Assembly: GCA_903871235.1 (NCBI GenBank)
Contig: CAIQGA010000111.1
Span: 8,662-72,661 of the forward strand
From: an uncultured Chlorobiaceae bacterium
Lineage (GTDB): Bacteria; Bacteroidota; Chlorobiia; Chlorobiales; Chlorobiaceae
DNA length: 64,000 nt
Reading direction: 5' to 3'
Shown: piece after piece, positions 47,685-57,314 of the stretch
Layout: each line of letters opens with the position of its first letter
Numbering within the stretch: position 1 is the stretch's first letter
Notes under the pieces: generated by a model
The model's database searches: none
What the model was told of the DNA's origin: nothing
The model's input: the letters and a program-made list of their open reading frames with translations, nothing else
Program-made: the position numbers and the translations under genes

Positions 47685-49265
47685 TCAGAGCAACACAAGA
47701 TTGGCGACGTCAACACCATCAACAGCCCTTACTTCGTCGAGCAGCGCAGGCGTAACATTGCCATCAACGACAATTGCGGTCATCGCAACCTTTTTTTCCT
47801 CATCTCTTGAGAGTGCCACATAAGCGACATTAAGGTTATGCTGCAAGAGTAACTGGGTGACATGGGCAATAACGCCCGGTTTGTCGGTGTTGTTGTAGAT
47901 GATAATGTTTCCTTCGGGTTTGAATTCCACAAGAAAACGGTCGATCATCACAATTCTTATCTCTTTTTCACCAAAAACAGTTCCACCGATCATCCGTTTT
48001 GTCGCTCCTGTTTCAAGTTCTATGCGGATGAGGTTGGTGTAATCAGGATTCTCTTTTTCAAACTTCTGCTCCAGACTTATGCCGCACTCCTTTGCCATGG
48101 TGAATGCATTGATGTAGTTGGTATCTTTTGATTGCCGTACATCAAGAAACCCTTTGAGAGCTGCGGCTGTGATTACTTCATTGAAGGTATGAAGGAACTC
48201 TCCCGAGGTTCTGACGGTCATTTTGCTCGCCTGGTCTGGCGTCATCTGTGCCAATATTGCACCGAGTTTTTCGGCCAGTGCAAGATATGAGCTCACTCCG
48301 GGAGCCTGCGCCAGTTCGACAGCCGAGGCATTGACCGCGCCCTCAAGCTTTCCTGTGCGTTTCCATGCAACAATTTGCTCTGCTATCTGAATGGCGACTT
48401 TTTCCTGTGCCTCGTTGGTGGATGCGGCAATATGCGGAGTGGCAATCACCTGTTCGAGCTTGAGAAGGGGATTGTCGGGTTTGACCGGCTCGCTTTCAAA
48501 AACATCAAGTGCCGCCGTGGCAACTTTTCCAGAAAGAATGGCTTCCGCAAGGTCGGCCTCATTAATAATTCCTCCCCTGGCACAGTTGACGATGATAACG
48601 CCCGGCTTCATCAGCTCAATTGTTTTTTTTGAAATCAGGTTCCGGGTTGATTCGTTGAGAGAAGAGTGGATGGTGATAAAGTCGGCACGTATAAAATTTT
48701 CGTGCAGGGGGAGAAGTTCAATATTGAGTTTTGCAGCGTATTCGTCGGGAATCATCGGATCGTAGGCGATGATGTTCATTCCGAAGGCCTGCATGCGGGA
48801 TGCCACCTCACGCCCGATTTTTCCAAGGCCGATAATGGAGAGGGTTTTGCCCTCAAGCTCCACGCCTGAAAATTTTGTTTTGTTCCAGTTTCCCAGCTTC
48901 AGGTCGGCGGTTGCCTGGGGAATACGGCGTGCGGCGGAAAGCATCATGGCACAGGTATGCTCTGCGGCTGAAACGGTGTTTCCTCCGGGCGTGTTCATGA
49001 CAATAATGCCGTTTCGGGTTGCGGCTTCAATGTCGATATTGTCGACTCCCGCACCAGCACGTCCAATAAGTCGCAGCTTTGTGCCGCACTCAATAACTTC
49101 TGCGGTAACTTTTGTTGCACTTCTGACGATAAGCTTGTCGAAGTCGCCGATGATCTCTTTGAGTTCTTCCTTGCTGATTTTCGGCTTTTCGGTCACGGTG
49201 AAGCCGTTTTGACGGAGGATCTGACCGCATTGAGGATCAATACCGTCTGTGATCAGTACGTTCAT
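47685..49265 (-). CDS. serA: D-3-phosphoglycerate dehydrogenase
   Basis: VRSATKVT, GRAGAGVDNID, NTPGGN, GLGKIGRE, TPHIAAST; C-terminal ACT domain. ATG at 49265. Confidence 0.96.
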   Translation of the reverse strand: MNVLITDGIDPQCGQILRQNGFTVTEKPKISKEELKEIIGDFDKLIVRSATKVTAEVIECGTKLRLIGRAGAGVDNIDIEAATRNGIIVMNTPGGNTVSAAEHTCAMMLSAARRIPQATADLKLGNWNKTKFSGVELEGKTLSIIGLGKIGREVASRMQAFGMNIIAYDPMIPDEYAAKLNIELLPLHENFIRADFITIHSSLNESTRNLISKKTIELMKPGVIIVNCARGGIINEADLAEAILSGKVATAALDVFESEPVKPDNPLLKLEQVIATPHIAASTNEAQEKVAIQIAEQIVAWKRTGKLEGAVNASAVELAQAPGVSSYLALAEKLGAILAQMTPDQASKMTVRTSGEFLHTFNEVITAAALKGFLDVRQSKDTNYINAFTMAKECGISLEQKFEKENPDYTNLIRIELETGATKRMIGGTVFGEKEIRIVMIDRFLVEFKPEGNIIIYNNTDKPGVIAHVTQLLLQHNLNVAYVALSRDEEKKVAMTAIVVDGNVTPALLDEVRAVDGVDVANLVLL

Positions 49266-49568
49266 GGTTTTTGTTATTAGGTTTTTGCGGAATTGTATTG
49301 ATGAAGGCATCCAGAGCCGTTCCTGCCCTTTTTCTGGGAGCCCTCATTTTTATCCTGCTATAATATATTTTTTTTGGGGTTACTCTATTAAAGAAAACTT
49401 GCCACAACGTTTATCATCACCACATGGGTGAAGGAGTGCTGAGCAAGAGGTTTTACCATGCAGCTTATTTTCGTGGGAATTTATCAGTCGGGTTGCTCAT
49501 GATATTCCTCTGTTTTTTTTATCTTGCCTCTTGTAAATTCTAATGAGGTTATTATTGTTGTAAAACGA

Positions 49569-50621
49569 ATGGAACAGTTACATGATTTAAGAGTTTCACG
49601 AATTATCCGTCTCTCTTCTCCTAAAGCACTTAAAGAGATGCTGCCGGTGGACGAGCGTATTACGGCTACAGTTGCTGCCGGACGTCGTGAAGTTGAAAAT
49701 ATATTGACCGGCAAGGATTCGAGGTTGCTGGTGATTGTCGGCCCTTGTTCAATCCATGATATGGATGCTGCGCGAGAGTACGCCTCCCGTCTCTCAGTGT
49801 TGCGCACTGAACTCCAGAGTGATTTGTGCCTCATGATGCGGGTTTACTTTGAAAAACCACGAACAACGATTGGCTGGAAAGGGTTTATTAATGATCCTCA
49901 TCTGGATGATACCTACGATATTGAGCATGGCATTTTTCATGCACGCAAGCTCCTGCTTGAAATCAATGAAATGGGGTTGCCAGCCGCAACGGAATTTCTC
50001 GATCCCATATCACCGCAGTATGTGGCCGATCTGGTGAGCTGGGCGGCAATTGGCGCAAGGACCATCGAGTCACAGACTCACCGCCAGATGGCCAGTGGAC
50101 TCTCCATGCCGGTCGGCTTCAAGAACTCGACTGATGGTCGCCTTAACGTGGCTGTTGATGCAATTCGCTCTGCAATGCACCCTCACAGCTTTCTTGGTAT
50201 TGATCAGGAGGGACGCAGCAGCGTTATTACTACAAAAGGCAACCCGTTTGGCCATCTTGTGCTGCGTGGCGGTGAAAAGCCGAATTATGATCGGGCAAGC
50301 ATCGCTCTTGCTGAATCATGGATTGGCAAGGCTGGCCTTGAGCAGTCGCTTCTGGTTGATTGCAGTCACGCCAATTCAGGCAAAAAACATGAACAGCAAT
50401 TGACGGTATGGGAAGATATTCTTTGTCAAAAAACAGAGGGCAATAAAAGTATTGTCGGTGCCATGATTGAAAGTAACCTCTTCTGCGGCAATCAGCCATT
50501 CCCGGAGGATACCGACAAGCTCAGGTACGGTGTTTCCATTACCGATGAGTGCCTTTCATGGGAGGAGAGTGAGCGTATGCTTCGTGAAGGTGCGGCTGTT
50601 ATGCACAAGCTTCTTCACTGA
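49569..50621 (+). CDS. aroF: 3-deoxy-7-phosphoheptulonate (DAHP) synthase, class I-alpha (AroF/G/H type)
   Basis: [53 protein letters not shown] at 49569. Confidence 0.93.
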   Translation: MEQLHDLRVSRIIRLSSPKALKEMLPVDERITATVAAGRREVENILTGKDSRLLVIVGPCSIHDMDAAREYASRLSVLRTELQSDLCLMMRVYFEKPRTTIGWKGFINDPHLDDTYDIEHGIFHARKLLLEINEMGLPAATEFLDPISPQYVADLVSWAAIGARTIESQTHRQMASGLSMPVGFKNSTDGRLNVAVDAIRSAMHPHSFLGIDQEGRSSVITTKGNPFGHLVLRGGEKPNYDRASIALAESWIGKAGLEQSLLVDCSHANSGKKHEQQLTVWEDILCQKTEGNKSIVGAMIESNLFCGNQPFPEDTDKLRYGVSITDECLSWEESERMLREGAAVMHKLLH

Positions 50622-50673
50622 TTACCTTTTTGCATGGGCAAAGCGTTTCTATCACATAACGGGGAAGTTTACT

Positions 50674-51807
50674 ATGGCAATAGAGATTCGGCAGGTTCAG
50701 AGTAAAAAAGAGCGAAAAGAGTTTATCAAATTTGCATGGCAGATATACCGGAATGATCCGGAACTCAATAAACACTGGGTTCCGCCGGTTATTGATGATT
50801 ACATGAAAACTCTCGACACAGAGCATTTTCCCCTGTATGATCATGCCGATCTCGCAATGTTTACTGCCTGGAAGGATGGGACTATGGTGGGCACTATTGC
50901 GGCCATTGAAAACAGAAGGCACAACGAGGTTCATGGTGACAAGGTTGGTTTCTGGGGTTTTTTTGAGTCGGTTAATGACCAGCAGGTAGCCAATGCCCTC
51001 TTCGATGCGGCCGCCGGATGGCTGAAAAAAAAGGGGCTCAATGCCATGCGCGGACCGGTAAGCCCATCCATGAATGATCAATGCGGCATGTTGACCAGAG
51101 GCTACGATAGTGCGCCGGTGTTTCTCATGCTTTACAATCCCCCTTACTACAATGATCTTGTTCTGAAGTATGGTCATCGGGTCGGGCAGGAGTTGCTTGC
51201 GTGGTATATCGACCAGAAAATTATTGATATCGAACGCCTGCGCCGCATCGCAGGCCATGTGATGAAACGGGAGGGATTGACCGTACGGATCATCAACATG
51301 AAGGATTTTGACCGCGAAATTGATCGTATACGCGACATCTACAATAAGGCGTGGGAGAAAAACTGGGGCTTTGTGCCCATGACCGACAAAGAGTTCAATT
51401 TTCTTGCAAAAAGCCTGAAACCTCTTGCAAATCCTCATTATATCTACTTTGTCGAAGATCGTGACAAGCGTACGGTCGGCTTTTCGCTCTCGCTTCCCGA
51501 TGTGAACCAGGCGCTGAAACATGTGAATGGAAATCCGTTCTCGCCCCTTGGTCTGCTCAAATATCTTTGGTACAGTCGTAACATTTCGATGGTTCGCACC
51601 ATAACGATGGGCGTGCTGCCTGAATACCGAAGCAAGGGAATTGACAGTATTCTCAACACCCAGATTGCCGATTATGGAGGAAAACACGGCCTCTTTGCCA
51701 GCGAAATGAGCTGGGTGCTCAAATCGAATGAGGCGATGAGCAAACTGGCAAAGGTGATAGGGGGGAAGCCTTACAAGGAGTACGTTATTTACGAAGCTGA
51801 TATTTGA
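50674..51807 (+). CDS. GNAT-family N-acetyltransferase (YghO-like)
   Basis: GFWGFFES, RGPVSPSMND, YNPPYY, MGVLPEYRSKGID, SWVLKSN. ATG at 50674. Confidence 0.8.
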   Translation: MAIEIRQVQSKKERKEFIKFAWQIYRNDPELNKHWVPPVIDDYMKTLDTEHFPLYDHADLAMFTAWKDGTMVGTIAAIENRRHNEVHGDKVGFWGFFESVNDQQVANALFDAAAGWLKKKGLNAMRGPVSPSMNDQCGMLTRGYDSAPVFLMLYNPPYYNDLVLKYGHRVGQELLAWYIDQKIIDIERLRRIAGHVMKREGLTVRIINMKDFDREIDRIRDIYNKAWEKNWGFVPMTDKEFNFLAKSLKPLANPHYIYFVEDRDKRTVGFSLSLPDVNQALKHVNGNPFSPLGLLKYLWYSRNISMVRTITMGVLPEYRSKGIDSILNTQIADYGGKHGLFASEMSWVLKSNEAMSKLAKVIGGKPYKEYVIYEADI

Positions 51808-51831
51808 TGGCAGTAATGGTTTGTACACGAT

Positions 51832-51866
51832 AAAAAAGGAGGCCCTGTGGAAAGGCCTCCTTTTTT
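51832..51866. terminator. Bidirectional intrinsic terminator
   Basis: aaaaaaggaggcc-loop-ggcctcctttttt between convergent genes. Confidence 0.88.
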
Positions 51867-51907
51867 TGTTTTGTACATTGCCGGAAAGCGTGGTACAACA
51901 TCCAGTT

Positions 51908-52600
51908 TTAGAATGATGCCATAAAGACAAGGTGCGAAGCTTCGGTGTTCGGATTGTACACATACGATGCCGTGTAGCGATCTTTTGAAACCGATATACC
52001 GGTGTTGACAAGACCAAAATTATCGGTTTCCTTGCCACGGTCGTTGTCGCTGTAGTAAACTTGATCACCGAACCCAATAACACCTTTTGCCGAGTAGCCT
52101 TCCTTGTCGTAGAACTTGTAAGCGGCTTCACAGTACTTGGCATTTTCGTATCCAGGGAGTGTATCATTACCGGCAACGTTGATTGCAGCAAGCAGGCTTA
52201 GATTATCCTTCGCATAGCCAACGCTGAGTTCGACCACATTCGGGCCGTCATTGCTGAAATCAAACTGTCTGTCGTTGTCACCGGAAGGGACATAATAATT
52301 TGTTGCGGTCAGGCTGAATGGCCCAACAGGAACAGTCACGTAAAGATCGACTTCCTTGTACCTGCTGCCGTCGTTTTCGCTTACGGCATAGGAACCCCAT
52401 GCACCAACAACGATACCGTTACCAGCAAAAGTGTAGGAAAGGGCTGGCTGAATAGCCGGTGAATTACCTAAATCGATTCCTCTCCATACATAACTGCTCA
52501 CTACGTCGGCGCCCACTTTAAATCCTTCAGCCTGGGCGGTACCACCGAGTCCTGCAAAAAGCGCAACAGCGAGGGTTAAAAGTTTTGCTGTTTTTTTCAT
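51908..52600 (-). CDS. TorF-like putative outer-membrane porin
   Basis: Signal peptide ending AQA; GADVVSSYVWRG, AIQP, GAWGS, EVDLY; C-terminal Phe. Confidence 0.72.
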   Translation of the reverse strand: MKKTAKLLTLAVALFAGLGGTAQAEGFKVGADVVSSYVWRGIDLGNSPAIQPALSYTFAGNGIVVGAWGSYAVSENDGSRYKEVDLYVTVPVGPFSLTATNYYVPSGDNDRQFDFSNDGPNVVELSVGYAKDNLSLLAAINVAGNDTLPGYENAKYCEAAYKFYDKEGYSAKGVIGFGDQVYYSDNDRGKETDNFGLVNTGISVSKDRYTASYVYNPNTEASHLVFMASF

Positions 52601-52870
52601 CGATCTGCTCCTTTTTTTGTGTTGTAGTTGTCTCAGTTGTTTTTTCTTTTGCGGCTCCGAAAAAACACCGAACTCTTTAAGAAAATCATAACTCTTTAAT
52701 ATAATTAATTAATAAATTGATACAAATAAGTAATGATTGTTAGGCTTATTAGCAATTATACTTAAAAAAGTTAGATTCATCGTGTTTTTTCGCCATTTGT
52801 TTGGAGGCTCGCTTCACCGTACATTCAGAGCGTCTGTTGGAGAGCTTCTGTAACAATGGGATTGATAATC

Positions 52871-53296
52871 ATGAAGCGAGCTGAAATTGTGCTGCAAGGT
52901 GGATACTCCGGTTATGAAGCTTTGAACGGGTTTATAGCATCGTTTGCCGAGAGCGAAGGGTACAGCGACCTCTTTTTGGAGCGGCTTCAACTTACCATTA
53001 AGGAGGCTTTTGTCAACGCTGTCAAGCATGGCAACCGCGAACAGAACGGCTTGAGCGTTACCTGCGCGTTCCGTGCCGTTGCTGGCTCGTTTATTGCATC
53101 CATCAGAGATTGTGGAAAAGGGTTTAACCCTGATGAACTGCCAAACCCTGCTGATCCCCGGAATCTTTTACGGTTATCAGGACGGGGTCTTTATATTATC
53201 CGTAGTATCGTCGAAAGCATCGCCGTTGAGTGTGGTGGTGAGGGGTCTGTACTGACGCTGCGTTACCGTCCCGATTCAATGCACATCCCGTTATGA
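52871..53296 (+). CDS. Anti-sigma factor / Ser-Thr kinase, RsbW-like (HATPase_c_2)
   Basis: EAFVNAVKHGN, IRDCGKGFNP, SGRGLYII. Confidence 0.88.
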   Translation: MKRAEIVLQGGYSGYEALNGFIASFAESEGYSDLFLERLQLTIKEAFVNAVKHGNREQNGLSVTCAFRAVAGSFIASIRDCGKGFNPDELPNPADPRNLLRLSGRGLYIIRSIVESIAVECGGEGSVLTLRYRPDSMHIPL

Positions 53297-53343
53297 TCGC
53301 TCTAATAGTTGTATAAACAGATAAATAAACAATAATAAACAAA

Positions 53344-54984
53344 ATGGATGTATCACAAAGCGCAGTCTGGAGTGCTCTTGTAACACACAAGCAGGAAATT
53401 GAGCATCTGCATATCCGCGAACTGTTCCAGCAGGAGGGTGATCGGTTTGAACGCTTCTCCATTCAGTGGGGCGAACTTTTGCTTGATTATTCAAAAAACC
53501 GGATCACCCCGCGCACCATGGAGCTGCTTGTGGATCTCGCTCGCAGCGTTGAGCTTGAAAAAAAGCGAGACGAGATGTTTGAAGGCGTCGCAATCAACTC
53601 CACAGAAAAGCGTGCGGTGCTCCATACCGCTCTTCGCAGGCCTGCGGGATATTCGCTGGAGGTTGACGGACTTGATCTTTCAAGTGAAATTGCCGATGTG
53701 CTTGCCCAGATGAAGGAGTGTTGTGAGCGGGTTATTTCAGGCTCGTGGAAGGGATATACCGGCAAGCGGATGACCGACGTGGTCAATATCGGTATCGGCG
53801 GCTCCGATCTCGGTCCCTGCATGGTAACCGAAGCGCTTCGCCCCTTTGCCCACGGCCATCTTCAGGTTCATTTTGTCTCCAATATTGATGGCACCCATAT
53901 CAGCGAGACCCTGAAAAAGCTCAATCCGGAGACGACGCTTTTTGTTATTGCCTCAAAAACCTTTACGACCCAGGAGACGCTCACCAATGCCATGAGCGCC
54001 CGGGAATGGTTTTTGACTCATGCTACCGACAAGTCGCATATTGCCAAGCATTTTGTGGCGGTCTCAACCAACCGCGCAAAGGTTGTGGAGTTTGGCATTG
54101 ATGAAGCAAACATGTTCAGGTTCTGGGAGTGGGTTGGAGGGCGTTACTCTCTCTGGTCTTCCATAGGGCTCTCCATAGCGCTCTTTCTCGGTTTTGACCA
54201 TTTTCAGGAACTGCTCAACGGCGCTTATGCGATGGACGAGCACTTCCGTCTTGCACCCCTCGAAGGCAATATCCCCGTCCTGCTTGCCTTGCTTGGCGTC
54301 TGGTACAACAACTTTTTTGATGTCTCCTCTCACGCAGTGATCCCTTACGATCAGTACCTGCACCGTTTTCCCGCCTATCTTCAGCAGCTCGACATGGAGA
54401 GCAACGGCAAGCGGGTCGACAAGCAGGGCAACACGGTAACCTATGCAACAGGGCCAGTGATTTGGGGCGAACCAGGCACCAATTCACAGCACGCCTTTTT
54501 TCAGTTGCTGCACCAGAGCCCCAACTTTATTCCCGCAGATTTTATTGTGCCGCTCAAAACCCGGAACCCGGCAGGGGAGCATCACGATATTTTGCTTGCC
54601 AACTGCTTTGCTCAGACCGAAGCGCTCATGAAGGGCAAAAATGAGCAGGAGGTGCGCCAGGAACTTGAAGCCGCCGGTACGGAGCCTTCAGAGCTTGAAG
54701 CGTTGCTTCCGCACAAGGTGTTTCCGGGAAACCGTCCGACAAATACCCTTGTTTTCAATGAACTCAACCCCTTTGCTCTCGGAAGCCTCATTGCGATGTA
54801 CGAGCACAAGGTGTTTGTGCAGGGCGTTATCTGGGGGGTCAACTCCTTCGACCAGTGGGGTGTTGAACTTGGCAAGCAACTGGCAAAAGCCATCTTCCCT
54901 GAAATCCAGGGGGAGGAGAGGGTTTGCGGTCACGACAGTTCGACCAACGCGCTCATCAACAGGTACCGCGAAGCCCGAAAATAA
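53344..54984 (+). CDS. pgi: Glucose-6-phosphate isomerase
   Basis: [51 protein letters not shown]. Confidence 0.97.
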   Translation: MDVSQSAVWSALVTHKQEIEHLHIRELFQQEGDRFERFSIQWGELLLDYSKNRITPRTMELLVDLARSVELEKKRDEMFEGVAINSTEKRAVLHTALRRPAGYSLEVDGLDLSSEIADVLAQMKECCERVISGSWKGYTGKRMTDVVNIGIGGSDLGPCMVTEALRPFAHGHLQVHFVSNIDGTHISETLKKLNPETTLFVIASKTFTTQETLTNAMSAREWFLTHATDKSHIAKHFVAVSTNRAKVVEFGIDEANMFRFWEWVGGRYSLWSSIGLSIALFLGFDHFQELLNGAYAMDEHFRLAPLEGNIPVLLALLGVWYNNFFDVSSHAVIPYDQYLHRFPAYLQQLDMESNGKRVDKQGNTVTYATGPVIWGEPGTNSQHAFFQLLHQSPNFIPADFIVPLKTRNPAGEHHDILLANCFAQTEALMKGKNEQEVRQELEAAGTEPSELEALLPHKVFPGNRPTNTLVFNELNPFALGSLIAMYEHKVFVQGVIWGVNSFDQWGVELGKQLAKAIFPEIQGEERVCGHDSSTNALINRYREARK

Positions 54985-55005
54985 GAGGATTGCTGATTGA
55001 CACAA

Positions 55006-55037
55006 AGAAAAGCCGCCTTTTTACGGGCGGCTTTTCT
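55006..55037. terminator. Intrinsic terminator between pgi and glnK (likely bidirectional)
   Basis: 12-bp stem agaaaagccgcc / ggcggcttttct. Confidence 0.82.
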
Positions 55038-55099
55038 GCGTTTATGAATGAGAGTCTCATTGAAACGCACGTTTTTCAGAGCCGATCTGCTCCCGGGAG

Positions 55100-55447
55100 T
55101 TAATCCTTGTTGTACATCGAATCGTCTCCACTCTCTCCGGTGCGGATCCGGTACGACTCATCAACAGTCCAGACAAAGATTTTTCCATCGCCAACTTCAC
55201 CGGTATAGGCCGATTTCAAAAGACAAGAGACCGTTTTTTGAAGATTGATATCGCGAACAACAATCGAGAGCGTTAACCGTGAGATATAGTCAGTATCAGC
55301 CGAGCCACGGAAAACGTCTTTCTTTTTACGTTCATTTCCAACCCCGAATGATTCGGTATAGGAAAAGAAGTCGATATCAATGGCGTGCAGCGCCGCTTTT
55401 ACCTCTTCAAATTTTGAACGCCTTATGATCGCCTCTATTTTTTTCAT
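55100..55447 (-). CDS. glnK: Nitrogen regulatory protein P-II
   Basis: MKKIEAIIR, TGEVGDGKIFV, RIRTGE; directly downstream of amtB. Confidence 0.92.
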   Translation of the reverse strand: MKKIEAIIRRSKFEEVKAALHAIDIDFFSYTESFGVGNERKKKDVFRGSADTDYISRLTLSIVVRDINLQKTVSCLLKSAYTGEVGDGKIFVWTVDESYRIRTGESGDDSMYNKD

Positions 55448-55476
55448 AATGAGTTTTAATTTTACGGGTTAATAAA

Positions 55477-56958
55477 TCAGTTGGTATACGCTTCCGCGCC
55501 ATGTTCAAAAACATCCAATCCTCCAACGCCGGTTTCGCCTTCAGCCTCAACGCGCAACTTGAATGGATGTGGCAACTTGTTGATCACCCACATAACAATG
55601 ATGGCAACAGTAAAGGTTGTCAGCGCAACGATTGCATTTCCGACAAACTGCGCAAGAAAAACATTCCAGCCCCCACCATAAAACAATCCCGTTACAGGAG
55701 CCGTGTTATCAGCACCAAGAGGAGTGGCAAAACCATACTCTCCACTGGCAAAAAGGCCGATAGCCCAGGTTCCAAAAATACCATTCAGTCCATGAACCGG
55801 CACAGCACCAACAGGATCATCAATACGAAGATATTCAAGCAGGTAAATACCACCAAAAACAATTGCGCCTGCAATGAGACCGATGATGATTGAGCCAAAC
55901 GGTGAAACCCAGTAGCATGGTGCGGTGATTGCAACCAGACCGCCAAGAAGACCGTTCACGGTAAAGCCAACGTCAAACTTCCCTTTGAAGGAGCCAACAT
56001 AGAAGGCCAGAAACATGGCACTCAATGCTCCGGCACAAGCCGCCAGCGTCGTATTTGCAGCTACACGACCAACACCGATGGCATCCATTGCCGAGAGTGT
56101 GCTGCCGGGGTTAAAACCATACCATCCGAACCACAAGAGGAAAGCTCCTGTAACCGCAACCGGCAAGTTGTGGGCCGCAGGTAAACCGCCTCTCTCTTTG
56201 TCATCCCGCAAAAAGACTCGTCCGATACGGGGCCCCAACACAATGGCGCCTGCAAGCGAAACAACACCACCAATGGTATGCACAACCGTCGAACCTGCAA
56301 AGTCACGGAAAGGGTTGCCCAATTCAGGCAAAAAGTTTCCGGGAGTACCCATGGTGACGAGGAAACCGTCCGGACCCCATGCCCAGTGACCAATGATGGG
56401 GTAGATGAAAGCCGTTACCATAATACTGTAGAGGATATCGCCACGGAAACTGGTACGCCCGATCATGGCGCCCGATGTAATGGTTGAAGCGGTATCGGCA
56501 AAGGCAAACTGGAAGACCCAGTGAGCCAGAAGTGCTACACCAGTTGCCCCGTAGGTGTTTGGTGCACCCTGCAAAAAGAACCAGTGCTGGCCAATAAAGC
56601 CGTTCCCTTCACTGAACATGAATGCGTATCCGATGGCCCAGAAAGAGATGCCGCAAATTGCCGTATCGAGCACACACTCAATAAGCACGTTCACAGTTTC
56701 CCGCTTTCTGGCAAAACCAGCTTCGAGCATCACAAATCCAGCCTGCATTCCAAAGACGAGGGCTGCAGCAATCAATGTCCAGAGGGTGTTCACGGAATTG
56801 ATAATGTTCAGCTCCATAGGGGTATAGCTCTCAGCCGCCATTCCAGGCGTACCTATGATTCCGGTTACCGTGCTCATCGACAAGAGGACAACACAAAGCC
56901 CGATCATCTTTCCTGCAAAAATGGTTAACCCAAGTTTCCAGTTTTTTTGTTTCGACAT
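55477..56958 (-). CDS. amtB: Ammonium transporter
   Basis: MQAGF..LEAG, DFAGSTVVH, LLWFGWYGFN, NG.LGGLVAIT, DDPVGAVPVHG. ATG at 56958 has an AGGGG RBS. Confidence 0.96.
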   Translation of the reverse strand: MSKQKNWKLGLTIFAGKMIGLCVVLLSMSTVTGIIGTPGMAAESYTPMELNIINSVNTLWTLIAAALVFGMQAGFVMLEAGFARKRETVNVLIECVLDTAICGISFWAIGYAFMFSEGNGFIGQHWFFLQGAPNTYGATGVALLAHWVFQFAFADTASTITSGAMIGRTSFRGDILYSIMVTAFIYPIIGHWAWGPDGFLVTMGTPGNFLPELGNPFRDFAGSTVVHTIGGVVSLAGAIVLGPRIGRVFLRDDKERGGLPAAHNLPVAVTGAFLLWFGWYGFNPGSTLSAMDAIGVGRVAANTTLAACAGALSAMFLAFYVGSFKGKFDVGFTVNGLLGGLVAITAPCYWVSPFGSIIIGLIAGAIVFGGIYLLEYLRIDDPVGAVPVHGLNGIFGTWAIGLFASGEYGFATPLGADNTAPVTGLFYGGGWNVFLAQFVGNAIVALTTFTVAIIVMWVINKLPHPFKLRVEAEGETGVGGLDVFEHGAEAYTN

Positions 56959-57314
56959 ATTTTCCCCTATTCGGGTAAAATAACCTCTCCTTTCGAGGCT
57001 GACGGTTCCTGATTTCATGGCATGTATTTTTTAGGTTGTTAAAAAGTTGTTGCAGTCCGGTCCGTCACTGCGAATCACTTGTGCTTAATAATTAAGGTTC
57101 ATTTCAAAAGTAATGGAAAATTTTAAATAAAAAAACGCATTTATGTAAATAAAGTTAGGCTTTTGCGGTTTTTTTCAAAAAAAACCACTTTTATGTAAAA
57201 AATGACCATAAAAAGCCGCTTACCGCAGAATTGTTTTTTTTTACACCAGGAGAGTGGCTGGAAAATGGAAGGCTGTTGCTGGGATAAAGGGGAGAGGCAG
57301 AACGAGCGGAGTGG

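Noticed and set aside
49459-49503. Short ORF MQLIFVGIYQSGCS upstream of the DAHP synthase as an attenuator leader
   Set aside because: Only one Phe and one Tyr, no tandem aromatic codons, and no convincing terminator/antiterminator pair.
50599-52191. 530-aa minus-strand ORF
   Set aside because: Mostly antisense to the GNAT gene and out of frame with the porin gene; no motifs. Shadow ORF.
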